64,000 nt of DNA from a virus. Lineage: Duplodnaviria > Caudoviricetes. Location: positions 32,001 to 96,000 of the IMG/VR virus record IMGVR_UViG_2524614847_000004. The stretch is one strand, 5' to 3'. The notes below the pieces were generated by a model, which saw nothing but the letters and a program-made list of their open reading frames with translations, was not told the origin of the DNA and searched no databases. Positions 10,475 through 20,534 of the stretch are shown piece after piece. The translations under genes were made by a program, and so were the position numbers. The number at the start of each line of letters is the position of its first letter. Position 1 is the first letter of the stretch.

Positions 10475-10676
10475 AGATCAACTGGCATTCACTTTTCCCC
10501 CAGGGCTTGTAATGCAGATACTTACCTCTACCAACAGTAGGTATAAAAAAGTATCCTCGCCCATGTATCGGTTTTCCGCATACGCAACACATCCTTTTTT
10601 CTGGTTTTATATTTTTGATCTGGATTACTCCTGGATAATTCATATACCTACCTTCCTCCCGGTACTCCGGGAAATC

Positions 10677-10919
10677 CTAATTTAGCATCTTCATGGTGTT
10701 AGCAACTCTGTTCAAACGTTCCGAAAGTTCTCCAAATGAGACCACAATCAATAAGGTAAGTATAAATCCAGTTAAGATCCCTATATAGAAGAAATCTCTC
10801 CATTTTGTAAATATAGGCATTTTTTGGCAATCGCTTATAACTTTAAATATAAAAGCTGAAACTATGGCAGTCGCCATCCATGTAATTAAATATAGAATTA
10901 TATAGTCTTTATAATTCAT
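10677..10919 (-). CDS. Small two-TM membrane protein
   Basis: Two hydrophobic segments; RBS. Confidence 0.5.
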   Translation of the reverse strand: MNYKDYIILYLITWMATAIVSAFIFKVISDCQKMPIFTKWRDFFYIGILTGFILTLLIVVSFGELSERLNRVANTMKMLN

Positions 10920-11140
10920 AAAATTAGTTCCTCCAAATTTCAGTTTCCTTTCTTATCCTTGCATTCTGGACATCGTGCATACCCGTTATTTTTAACAACC
11001 CAGCCTTGATCTTTAGCTATCTTTTTTAGCCTTGTATTATGATTACCAGTGCCAGAAAAACCATCAAGAACGGTGCAATATTCGTCACAGACAATTTCAT
11101 GCCATAGCATATAATCACCTCACGAAAATTCTAAATTTAC

Positions 11141-11353
11141 TTAATCCTTATTACATTTGCTTTTAAATTCACACTTACATTTTCTCCCGCCTGGAAGAGT
11201 AAAATAATATTTATTGCGATCCAACTCAGTTTGTCTTTGTGGCATATTCCCACCTGATATAAGACATACATATTCCTTATCTTTAAATCTGTTTTTCTTT
11301 TCAGTGATTGCTAACCACAAGCAATTTTTACAACAAACGTCAGGTAAATCCAT
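11141..11353 (-). CDS. Cys-rich hypothetical protein
   Basis: ORF track. Confidence 0.5.
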   Translation of the reverse strand: MDLPDVCCKNCLWLAITEKKNRFKDKEYVCLISGGNMPQRQTELDRNKYYFTLPGGRKCKCEFKSKCNKD

Positions 11354-11367
11354 AGTAAGACCCCTTT

Positions 11368-11733
11368 CTATTCATAATCGTAAGCTTCATTTAACCAACA
11401 CTTTTCTCTTTTATGCTTGCCACCTACCAGAGAATCAAGCTTAAGCCATGCCATTTCTTCATTTTCGGCAGGAATCTTAATTTCTGTTAAATATGGCTCT
11501 TTTACCCATTTATAGGCATCAAAATTCAAGCCAAAACAATATAGTTTCATGTCATTTTCTTTGCCACTGTTCATTTTTAAATCTGATTCTTTAAACATCC
11601 CCTTGGTATTAGCCCCAAGAGGCATGTTGTATTCTACTGTATAAATCGGTTCAATATCTAAATCAGGATGAAGCTTCACAACCGTACCGGCCGTATGCTG
11701 AATAAATACTTTGTCAAATAATTTATATTTCAT
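11368..11733 (-). CDS. Hypothetical phage protein
   Basis: ORF with RBS. Confidence 0.55.
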   Translation of the reverse strand: MKYKLFDKVFIQHTAGTVVKLHPDLDIEPIYTVEYNMPLGANTKGMFKESDLKMNSGKENDMKLYCFGLNFDAYKWVKEPYLTEIKIPAENEEMAWLKLDSLVGGKHKREKCWLNEAYDYE

Positions 11734-11842
11734 TTATTTATCTCCTTTTCTATAAAATGGATTTTTCTTGTTATAAATTCTAATTTTCATAATTAAAAAA
11801 ACTACCAATACGATTATTGATAGTTTAAAATAATATAGGTTA

Positions 11843-12406
11843 TTATTGTTTTGAATACATTGTCATGGACACCCCTGTGTCCTGTGTCAGTGTATCGTCA
11901 GGCATCTTACTCATTAAATAAGTTACATATAAGTCACCGGCAGCACCCGCTATGTTCCCCATTTGTACAAAATATATTACCCAAAAATAACTCTGTGGTA
12001 CTATAGCATTAATTATAAATAGTACAATACCGAGAATTACAACAGGAGCAAGTGATATTATGATGTAATGCTTTTTATTGAAGTAAGCATCACTACCTGC
12101 ATATGCACAGAACCAAGCATGACCGTAATGTGCCTTTATCCCACTAAATTTTTTCATATAAAATCCGTGTATCGCTTCATGCATAATAATATAGATTATA
12201 TACAAGAATACAGCAAGAATTAATAGGTAGATAAATTTGGAATCAACTGTAAATGTTATAGGATTAATAATAGCACCTATAAATGCCATAACAATAAAAA
12301 ATATAAATGAAAAGATGTTTATAACAATAAATGTTTTTTTATCTTCTGTCAAATCTACCTTTCTTATTTCCTTATATCCTTCTGGTAATTGATTCATATT
12401 TGTCAC
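11843..12406 (-). CDS. DUF3267-like membrane zinc metalloprotease (moron)
   Basis: HEAIH (HExxH), multiple TM helices, LAP and GAAGDLY; own promoter (12443-12471) and terminator (11799-11826). Confidence 0.75.
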   Translation of the reverse strand: MTNMNQLPEGYKEIRKVDLTEDKKTFIVINIFSFIFFIVMAFIGAIINPITFTVDSKFIYLLILAVFLYIIYIIMHEAIHGFYMKKFSGIKAHYGHAWFCAYAGSDAYFNKKHYIIISLAPVVILGIVLFIINAIVPQSYFWVIYFVQMGNIAGAAGDLYVTYLMSKMPDDTLTQDTGVSMTMYSKQ

Positions 12407-12579
12407 TCCTTTTAGGCTTTAGATCTAATTGCGTATTGCTCTAGTATACAACACTTCCTACTGGCTATCAATATTTAAGTATTAAACACTTATTTTATTT
12501 ACTCGCTATTTAATTATTTGACGTTTCATTATTAACGATACGAACGTTCCTCCTATTTCTCCATACACCTAGCATACAA

Positions 12580-12606
12580 ATAAGCCGGTCTTTTGACCGG
12601 CTTATC
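12580..12606. terminator. Intrinsic terminator hairpin
   Basis: ATAAGCCGGTC-TTTT-GACCGGCTTAT perfect stem. Confidence 0.65.
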
Positions 12607-12645
12607 ACTACATAATAGTAATACTGTGAATCTCACAAATATACT

Positions 12646-12936
12646 TTAATCTATACCTTTAATCATTTGAGAGGCCGCATTATAGTCTTCCGTTTCTACA
12701 TAAATGCAATAGTGCATAACATGCTCTCCGTTCATACCATAGCTACCCGTTCCAATAAAAAAAAGTTGTAGAAGAAAACGAAACCAACTGTCATTTTTTT
12801 TTGTGGATTCTAAGTATTTTATTCCATTGGAGTCTAATTTATTTTTTATAAGCAAGAATGACTCTAAAGAAGTTCCCGTGTATAATATTTTCTTTTCTTT
12901 CATTTTCATAATAATCCTGCCATCTTTGATAACCAA
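12646..12936 (-). CDS. DUF2007-like small protein
   Basis: KNKLDSNGI...YCIYV...DY pattern. Confidence 0.5.
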   Translation of the reverse strand: MVIKDGRIIMKMKEKKILYTGTSLESFLLIKNKLDSNGIKYLESTKKNDSWFRFLLQLFFIGTGSYGMNGEHVMHYCIYVETEDYNAASQMIKGID

Positions 12937-13041
12937 AAATATACTTTTTATAATAGTTACAAGTTTTAGTATACAAGAGATCTACCCTAAATGTCAAACT
13001 TGTTCCACTAAATAGCGCAATTAGATATCAATGTATTTAGT

Positions 13042-13650
13042 TTAGTAATTTACATTGCACTCTATTGCTACTTGGTCAGAACCTATTTTTGCGTTTAGAG
13101 TTGCTCCTAAAAAGAAATCCAAGCCATATCCAATTTTTCCTGGCTTAAATCCAGTAGTTAGGTCAACAGCTTTCTCTAGTATCGTAGTATGGCCCTTTTT
13201 TGAATTAGTTCCTAAAACTTGTCCATAACTAAGATTCATATTAGAAATAGTACTATTCCCACTTTCTTTCTCCCAACGTGCAAAAACACGCTTCAAACAT
13301 GCATACTTTCCATCATCGGTATAAGTAATTTCTACAGTCCCCTTATAGCCGTTCAAAGTATCTTCATTTGTTTGACTGGCTCTAGTCATTATACGTTTAT
13401 CCTCTATGTTAAATGTACTAACAAAGACTCTTTCGCCATCTTTATCAATCACACTTTGAGTACTAGATTCATTAAGATTATATTGAGTTACTTTACCAGT
13501 CTCAGTATTTGTTATTGTTACACGCGTACTAGGTACTGGAGTAGTTCCATTGCTCGCATAGGTAGTTCCCGGTATAGATATAATGCCTAATACCAAACTA
13601 GAAAATAATACTCTTTTCAACACTTTACTTATAGCTTTTTTTGCACTCAT
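13042..13650 (-). CDS. Secreted protein (moron)
   Basis: Sec signal peptide ending TYA; beta-rich body. Confidence 0.65.
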   Translation of the reverse strand: MSAKKAISKVLKRVLFSSLVLGIISIPGTTYASNGTTPVPSTRVTITNTETGKVTQYNLNESSTQSVIDKDGERVFVSTFNIEDKRIMTRASQTNEDTLNGYKGTVEITYTDDGKYACLKRVFARWEKESGNSTISNMNLSYGQVLGTNSKKGHTTILEKAVDLTTGFKPGKIGYGLDFFLGATLNAKIGSDQVAIECNVNY

Positions 13651-14033
13651 AATAATATGACCTCCCTAGTTATTTTACAATTTTTTAAAGTATCCTTCCT
13701 ATTTATATCAAAAATTATCTTATCATTGGAATCATCTCCTAGTGCTTATTTATTATGGTTTCACATTCATTATATAACTTTACATAATAAATTCAAACAC
13801 CAACATGTCGCATTTTTCGACACTTTTGTTTATTCTTAAGTTTTTCTTGTGGTATAATTAACAGTTTCTTAGCAATTTTCGAATTTTATATTAATATATT
13901 TAAATTCCTGATTTTATGGCAATAAAAGACCAACTACCGAATATTGATAGTTGGCCGTATGTATAACTTTAATTACTATAATGTTTTATATACAATGCCA
14001 ACCATTTGGCATAAGCAAATTTGTCCAACGAAC

Positions 14034-14147
14034 TCAGTCGTCGTTGTCATTCTTGCAGGCCCCATTTAATGGGTATCCACAATGTATACAAGCATCGGCC
14101 TTATTACTTACTTCTTTTCCACATTCAGGACAATTAATTAATGCCAT
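14034..14147 (-). pseudogene. Zinc-ribbon domain fragment
   Basis: MALINCPECGKEVSNKADACIHCGYP, then TGA after 37 codons. Confidence 0.5.
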
Positions 14148-14171
14148 AACAATATCCACCCTTTCTTTTAG

Positions 14172-14837
14172 TTAAAGTCCAGAATTATTTACATCTTCCT
14201 TGTAGTTCACATCTGTATATCCTATGACAATTTGAACTTTGTAATTTTGTGCCTGCATGCCAATCATTATTTCTGTTCCATTATAATTATTCCAAGTAGC
14301 CCTATATACTACATATCCATATTCAAGAGCCTTTGCATCCCCAGCAAAATCAATTTGAGACTGATTGGCAAGCCGCAAAATTGTATCTTCATCTGGTTCT
14401 CCATATTTTTCTTTCAGTGAATCTCTTAATGACTGAAATAAAGGTATATACTGACCTGCATTCGTAAATTCTTCATTAATTCCATACATGCCTTGATATA
14501 ATTTTCCATCATTATCAAAGAAATACATGGCATTAGCACTGTAATTGCCTACTTTTGTGGAATATAATAAACCCTTTTCTGTTCCATTTCCCTCTAATTT
14601 TTCCTCTTCATACTTTTTAACAGTTTCAATATCATCTCCCCAATAAGCATTTCTAAAATTAGTATTTTCACGTTTTACATACTCTTCTGCTGTTGTAACC
14701 TCTGATGTTGTTTCTTCTACACTGGAGGACTGTTGTACAGTTTCTTTAGATGTTTCTGTCTCTGATGCCTTTTGAGAACCGCAACCAGTTACCCCCATTA
14801 TTAATACTGCACCCAAAACTAAAATTTGTTTTTTCAT
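14172..14837 (-). CDS. Lipoprotein (moron)
   Basis: Signal with lipobox VTGC; S/E/T-rich linker. Confidence 0.75.
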   Translation of the reverse strand: MKKQILVLGAVLIMGVTGCGSQKASETETSKETVQQSSSVEETTSEVTTAEEYVKRENTNFRNAYWGDDIETVKKYEEEKLEGNGTEKGLLYSTKVGNYSANAMYFFDNDGKLYQGMYGINEEFTNAGQYIPLFQSLRDSLKEKYGEPDEDTILRLANQSQIDFAGDAKALEYGYVVYRATWNNYNGTEIMIGMQAQNYKVQIVIGYTDVNYKEDVNNSGL

Positions 14838-15202
14838 ACTTTTACCTCACTTTATATTTTCTTACTTTTTACTACTTCTTGCCATTTTAGTATATCATCC
14901 TTCTTTATAATTACAATATCCTAAGTAGTAAGAAGGAGCTAAAAGTATGACAGAGAAACCTTATAAAGTAAAAGTAAACGTATCTTTAGATGAAAACGTG
15001 ATTGCAAATCTCTTTTCTTTTGATATCAAGTTCTATTCTTTTGTTGCTATTTCTAGTTTTAAGATACTAATCGTTTAAAACTTCTGTTCTTTCTTTTAAA
15101 ATATCTATAGTTTTATTAATTCCTTTAATCATCTCCTTATCAAATGAAAGCACACTTTGATTGCAACAAAAAAGGAACCTCTGTATTATTCGGTTCCTTT
15201 TA

Positions 15203-15682
15203 TTACACCTTATTCTTTTTATACCACACTAAAAATTCACCAAATGTTGCTTCCTCTGCTTCCTTTCTTGCTTTAATAGCGTCTTCAATTTCTTGATAAC
15301 TTCCCAAATGATACCGAATTCCCATAAAATAAATATATGCAATCCATCTATCACTTTTCCCTTTTTGCTTGTGAAGGCTTACTCCACGATGACCCGATGT
15401 ATTATTCCTCTGTATTTTATTAGAACTTATTTTAGATATATTTGTATTATTTATCTGCCCTAACTTTTCTTGTATGGTTTTGGTTCTAAGGTTTTTTATT
15501 TTCATGCACCCGCAACTTACACATGAACCATATGTTACGGTATTTACTCTCCTGATAACCTTTTTACCGCATAGAAGACACTCAAACTCCCATAAATAAG
15601 ATCCATTGGACTTCTGTCCGGTACACCTAAGTGCTTTTAAATTCCCAAATACTATGTCAGCTATGTCTTTTTTCTTAGCCAT
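15203..15682 (-). CDS. AP2-domain DNA-binding protein (HNH-AP2 relative without an obvious HNH)
   Basis: NTSGHRGV...WIAYI...YHLGSY...AIKARKEAE; N-terminal Cys cluster. Confidence 0.75.
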   Translation of the reverse strand: MAKKKDIADIVFGNLKALRCTGQKSNGSYLWEFECLLCGKKVIRRVNTVTYGSCVSCGCMKIKNLRTKTIQEKLGQINNTNISKISSNKIQRNNTSGHRGVSLHKQKGKSDRWIAYIYFMGIRYHLGSYQEIEDAIKARKEAEEATFGEFLVWYKKNKV

Positions 15683-15683
15683 A

Positions 15684-15887
15684 TTACATCACTGGATTCT
15701 TCTGAGCAGGTTGCCAGCTTTCTTCTCCATACAGTTTTGCATGTCTCTTCACATATTCATCAAAAAATTCCTGATCGGTACATGGGGCCAAGTCGAAATG
15801 AATTTTTTCTCTTATATCATCATCCATCATTGTCACTGCTACATCAAAATCAATTTCTACTCCGTACTGATTAATAACGTCCCTCAT
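15684..15887 (-). CDS. AcrIC5-like anti-CRISPR protein
   Basis: IDFDVAVTMMDDDIREKIH...DQEFFDEYVKRH...GEE matches my recollection of AcrIC5 (IDFDAAVNLMD..LRE.LH...DQEFLDAY...H...GEE). Confidence 0.7.
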   Translation of the reverse strand: MRDVINQYGVEIDFDVAVTMMDDDIREKIHFDLAPCTDQEFFDEYVKRHAKLYGEESWQPAQKNPVM

Positions 15888-15950
15888 AATTTACCTCCCA
15901 ATTTTTATCATTACTATTATTATACTGCCCATATGATATATTTTCAATTT

Positions 15951-16139
15951 CTATCTACACATTTCAAGAAAATCATTAGTACTCATGGCGCCCTCCCACC
16001 AACAAGCAACCGCTGGCCTATCTTCTGAACTATTTAAATAGTCCTCTAGCTGTTTTCTAAAGTAGTTAAGCATATCACCATCAAATGCAGCCTTCAGTTT
16101 ATCAAAGTCCTTGCACTGTTCTAATTCTCCATACCCCAT
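15951..16139 (-). CDS. Small acidic hypothetical protein
   Basis: Strong AAGGAGGTG RBS. Confidence 0.55.
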   Translation of the reverse strand: MGYGELEQCKDFDKLKAAFDGDMLNYFRKQLEDYLNSSEDRPAVACWWEGAMSTNDFLEMCR

Positions 16140-16434
16140 AGAAACACCTCCTTATTAAATCTACCGCTAACTATGTGCGGTTAGTGACCTAAGCCAGATC
16201 AACCACTAATTCTCCGTGATAAGCAGCAATCACTTTCAGACTGCCGGGAATGCCTTGTTTACCTTTGACAGTAACGGCCTATCCTTCCGGATCACCGACA
16301 AGGCTATGTATTAAGATATAATGCAATGCAAGGCGAAAATTTCCGTGAAATTATCAAATGTAGATATGTATACACCATTTGCATACATTTCAATTTTCCC
16401 TTCCCTGTTCTTCATGTAATGAAATTTTATATTG

Positions 16435-16680
16435 TCATTCATGTTTTAATCCTCCGGTCTGTGTAAATAAAGCTGCGCTTACAATTATCAATAAAGCTGT
16501 TAATGTCCAGTTTCCGTCCTGGTCTGGTAGCATAAAGAGTACAAAAAAAGAAAGCAATAATAAAATGCTTCCTACGATTCGGTTCCATATTATGAAATTT
16601 CGTCTTTGTTTTCGCCTTTCAATGCGTCGATAGCTATATGAGCAGCTATAATCTTTTGTTGTATCGCTTACCAAATTCAT
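16435..16680 (-). CDS. Small two-TM membrane protein
   Basis: Hydrophobic segments; RBS. Confidence 0.5.
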   Translation of the reverse strand: MNLVSDTTKDYSCSYSYRRIERRKQRRNFIIWNRIVGSILLLLSFFVLFMLPDQDGNWTLTALLIIVSAALFTQTGGLKHE

Positions 16681-16998
16681 TATAATTTCCTCCCCTTTTA
16701 TGTTCTCCTCTGCAAGTCAAACGAGAAATAACATACCCTATTAACGCTCCTATAGAAACACTTCCTATTAAAAAATAAAACGATTCCATACGTCCTCCTT
16801 AACTATAAAATGTGCTTTTCATTCTGGCATTGCATATAATATTTCATCTCTTACCATATAATAGCGGAAATTCGCCATCTCTTCTGTGAGTTCACCGTTT
16901 TCGACCATTTCATCACATTCTTTTTGTAATTCTTCACATGCCTTTTTATATCTTTCTCCAAAATCGCTCATATTTACACCTCCGTTGAAACCTGTCTT

Positions 16999-17199
16999 TT
17001 ATTTTACTTTTTCAACAATAGCTTTTTTCCCTTCAATTTTTACTACATATTCTCCATGTTCATAAAACGAAACAGTTAATGGAAATTGAAAATCATTATA
17101 TCCTCCGCTAAAAGAACAAGAAGCAAATCTAAAGTTTCCCTTTCCCCCTCCCATTACTATATCTTCAGTTACTACTCTTACTTTTTTTTCTTTAACCAC
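16999..17199 (-). CDS. Hypothetical phage protein
   Basis: ORF with RBS. Confidence 0.5.
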   Translation of the reverse strand: MVKEKKVRVVTEDIVMGGGKGNFRFASCSFSGGYNDFQFPLTVSFYEHGEYVVKIEGKKAIVEKVK

Positions 17200-17241
17200 A
17201 ATCGTTGCCTCCTTCTTATTTCAATTAATAAAATCTATTTT

Positions 17242-17562
17242 TTATTCTGATATTTCATACCATTGAATTTCTGATCTGTTGTTCATTTTGTCAAATATAT
17301 CAGTTACATTGTTTTTCAATAAATTATACTGGTGTTCCATCTCTACCAAATTTGCTTGATAATATGCTTCTAGTCTTGTCTGGAATATACCTTCATAGTT
17401 GTACGGCCTCAATTGCGAAATTGTTTCTTCCGCCGTATGGTTGTTCAACCAATAATCAGATATGACAGCTTTTGATAAAAAATATTTACCTCCAAATTTA
17501 TTAGTCATTGCTTCATCTAATTCATAAATTGCAAAATTAAACACCTCTTCAATTAATCTCAT
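17242..17562 (-). CDS. Hypothetical phage protein
   Basis: ORF with RBS. Confidence 0.55.
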   Translation of the reverse strand: MRLIEEVFNFAIYELDEAMTNKFGGKYFLSKAVISDYWLNNHTAEETISQLRPYNYEGIFQTRLEAYYQANLVEMEHQYNLLKNNVTDIFDKMNNRSEIQWYEISE

Positions 17563-17604
17563 ATTGTCTTTCTCCTTTTTATGTTTTCTGCATCAAATTA
17601 CAAT

Positions 17605-18624
17605 TCAATTATCTTTTATATCATACATTAATTCGCACCATTTTATGGCAGTAAATGTGATTTCTGGGTTATTTGAGAACCACTTATTATTTATCATATA
17701 TGGTAAGAATCTTTTTTTAATGCAATACAAATTATCTTTGCTTAAATCTGTAGTATTGCCGTTTAAAAAGGTTATTTGGCAATCATCTTGCACTTTCTTA
17801 TTATGATATTCTTGCCATTTTATTCTGGAAAGTGGTTCAAAAATTTCACTCGACTTTTGCTTATTTCCTAGTTTATAATTTGATTTATTTATTTTGACAT
17901 ATATTCTACCACTCATATTTATTTTATGCCCAATAGGTCTGCGTCTAGCATTAAATTTATGAGGATCGTCTTTTTTAAGTTTTAGCTTTCTAAAACAATA
18001 AGTTTCTATTGCCGCCACTGTACAGTCTTTTTTGAAAAGTTCATTGAATTTTTTCGTCATCTCATCATATGTATAATTATTAAAATTATCGCTGATCCAA
18101 TCAACCTCTATTTCCGAAAACGGAACATATCTTTTCAACTTTAATACATTTTGGCAATGCAAAGAAAAACTATGCAATGATCTTTTCCTATCAAATACAT
18201 TATTAAATTCGCTTAGAAGGCCTTCAAAAGTGTCAAACATATAGTAATTTGTTATTATCCATTCGTCTTCTTGCGGTAACCATAACTTCATATGAATTCC
18301 ATTTTTTGATAAAAACCCAAGAATGACAGACATATTTCGTTTAGAAAAAATTTTGTTGTGTTCCTCAACAAAGTCATTAATTTTATATTTTCTACAATTA
18401 TCAATTAGCCATTCAATTTCTTTTTCTGTAAATCGGTTTTGATTATCCATTTTTAATTTTAAATCTTTATTAATTTTCGTCATGATCGCAGCTTTGCTTC
18501 TTTGATTAGAAAAGCGTAAATTATAGTCAGATACCAATCCATCTAAACTATCGTACGTTTTGTCTATTACACTTTTCTTTATCCATTCGGTTTCTTCTTC
18601 TGTATACTTTGTTCCCTTTGGCAT
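17605..18624 (-). CDS. Protein with about four N-terminal helical repeats and a degenerate C-terminal HNH-like domain
   Basis: Repeats YTEEETEWI/FTEKEIEWL/WLPQEDEWI/FSEIEVDWI; C-terminal RIKWQEYH...ITFLNGNTTD...NL. Confidence 0.6.
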   Translation of the reverse strand: MPKGTKYTEEETEWIKKSVIDKTYDSLDGLVSDYNLRFSNQRSKAAIMTKINKDLKLKMDNQNRFTEKEIEWLIDNCRKYKINDFVEEHNKIFSKRNMSVILGFLSKNGIHMKLWLPQEDEWIITNYYMFDTFEGLLSEFNNVFDRKRSLHSFSLHCQNVLKLKRYVPFSEIEVDWISDNFNNYTYDEMTKKFNELFKKDCTVAAIETYCFRKLKLKKDDPHKFNARRRPIGHKINMSGRIYVKINKSNYKLGNKQKSSEIFEPLSRIKWQEYHNKKVQDDCQITFLNGNTTDLSKDNLYCIKKRFLPYMINNKWFSNNPEITFTAIKWCELMYDIKDN

Positions 18625-18848
18625 TATTTAATCAACCCCTTTATACTTGATGCTTTGTCTAATTTTCCTTCCGTAATTAGTTTTTCTGATCTCAAAACAA
18701 CATCGGCGTTGTTGATCATCTGTTTTGCAAGAGAAGCTATTGTTTGAGATGTTTCATTTTCAACCCTCTTGTCTTCCACGCTTAGTTCTTTACTGTTTGC
18801 AATTTCAATTCTCTCACCTAAAACTTTTTGTAATTCAACTAATGTCAT
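18624..18848 (-). CDS. Hypothetical protein coupled to the HNH-like gene
   Basis: 1-bp stop/start overlap. Confidence 0.6.
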   Translation of the reverse strand: MTLVELQKVLGERIEIANSKELSVEDKRVENETSQTIASLAKQMINNADVVLRSEKLITEGKLDKASSIKGLIK

Positions 18849-18881
18849 AATGCTACCTCCTTATTTTTTTATACATGAAAA

Positions 18882-20259
18882 TTACATTTGATTCATTCCA
18901 CAAACCTTTAAATTCAATACCTGTAAAGACTCCACATATTCATCAATACTATTCTGTGAAGCCGTGTCAGTTACAAGCTCCTTTGCCTTCGCAGCATTCA
19001 CGATAAGGCTTATTAAACCATTACTGATAATTTCCAGTTCTTTATTTGAAAACTTATCCATTACAATCTCCTTCCTGATTTTGAGCAAAATAAAAGCAAC
19101 CGGTTATATTCCGATAGCTCACATCAAACGTGCATTTTATTAGTTACTTATGTCACACCAATATCCATCAAATATAGCAGTTGCGGAATAAAATTTACCT
19201 TTTGTAAGTTGTATTTTTATACCTCTACTTTCCATAACTCTATATAATTTATCCAATGAAGACTTTTCTTTAACATTTACAAATATTCTGTCTTTCAAAA
19301 CGCCATTATGAATTAATGTGATACTTGGCGCTTCTTTTTCTAATTCTTCAATAACTTCAATCATATTAATATCCATAAATCATTCCTCCTTAATCTACAA
19401 TTGAAAGACATCATTCATCGTACACTTAACGGTATACAGAAGTGATCACAACGCATATTGCCTACTTTGTGTTGTTTATCTTCGTCATAATAAACCATAG
19501 CATATTCATCGCCATCGTAATCTATATATTTTGATGTTTCATCCAACCAATAATAACTTCCGACTTCAAGTTGTCCGGGCATTGCTTCTCTTTCTGAAAT
19601 ACATCTTACTGTTTTCATATTCTCTCCATTCCGTACCAAAGAAAGGTACATTTTATCTGTTATTAGTTAAATGTTGAAACCTCAAACTCTTCTTTAGCTA
19701 ATACAAAAGTGAACGTTACTTCTCCGTCGGAATTTTGAAGACTTACGGTTGAATCATTTTCTTCAATTATCAGACAAGTTTCACCGTCCATACACACAAG
19801 TTCGCCCGTGACCTTATCTCTCAAATCATAATAATGATTGCCGTTTTCTTCTTGATAAGTATGATCTATATAGTTGTGTGTTAAAACTTCTCCATACTTC
19901 TCAAATAATGATTTTATACTGATACATTTTTCTTTCAATTTGTTTTCCTCCATTTATACGTTAAAATTGCGTTTTCAACTGAAATTCGCCCTTTATTCAC
20001 ATGTTATATAATAGAAACCAGTACATTCATTGACTTCCCCGTTTCTTTCATCATCTACGGGGTCAAAGTAACCAGTTGTAGCAACGTCTGTCACTCCTAT
20101 ACTTTCTAAAAAATCTGCTATTACATTTGCAATGGTTTCTGTTTCGCACATGATATCATCTCCATTTGTCCATATCCCAGGATTATCATCACATGGTTTA
20201 GGCTCCTTGGGTAAGCTTTCTAATATCTGCTCATATGTGATCATTGTTTCTTCCTCCAT
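18882..20259 (-). other. Run of five small hypothetical ORFs (18882-19088, 19140-19376, 19415-19651, 19663-19953, 19993-20259)
   Basis: ORF track; separated by copies of the junction motif. Confidence 0.55.
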
Positions 20260-20292
20260 TCTTCTAATGAAACTTACTTTTCATCTGCCTAA

Positions 20293-20520
20293 TTACCATG
20301 TAACACGATCAGGAATGAATATCAATTCAGTGTCTTCATATTTTTTCATATACTTCATGTTTGTATCTGGTTCGCCATCAAATGAATTATTTACACTTGT
20401 ACACAAATCAGGCTCTCTATTCTTTCATGGGTCAACATCTTTCCATAATGTTCCATGTTCATCTTCATATACCGGTCTATCCCAACTATCCATGCCTCTA
20501 TAGATCAATTTAACTTTCAT
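20293..20520 (-). pseudogene. Small phage gene with an in-frame TGA
   Basis: MKVKLIYRGMDSWDRPVYED...DVDP*KNREPD...RVTW; TGA at 20425-20427. Confidence 0.55.
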
Positions 20521-20534
20521 AGTTTTACCTCCTG

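Noticed and set aside
20425-20427. UGA recoding by the odd tRNA-Trp (in-frame TGA here and at 14034)
   Set aside because: TGA is used as a normal stop in many genes here and the anticodon is CCA; a simple nonsense mutation is more likely.
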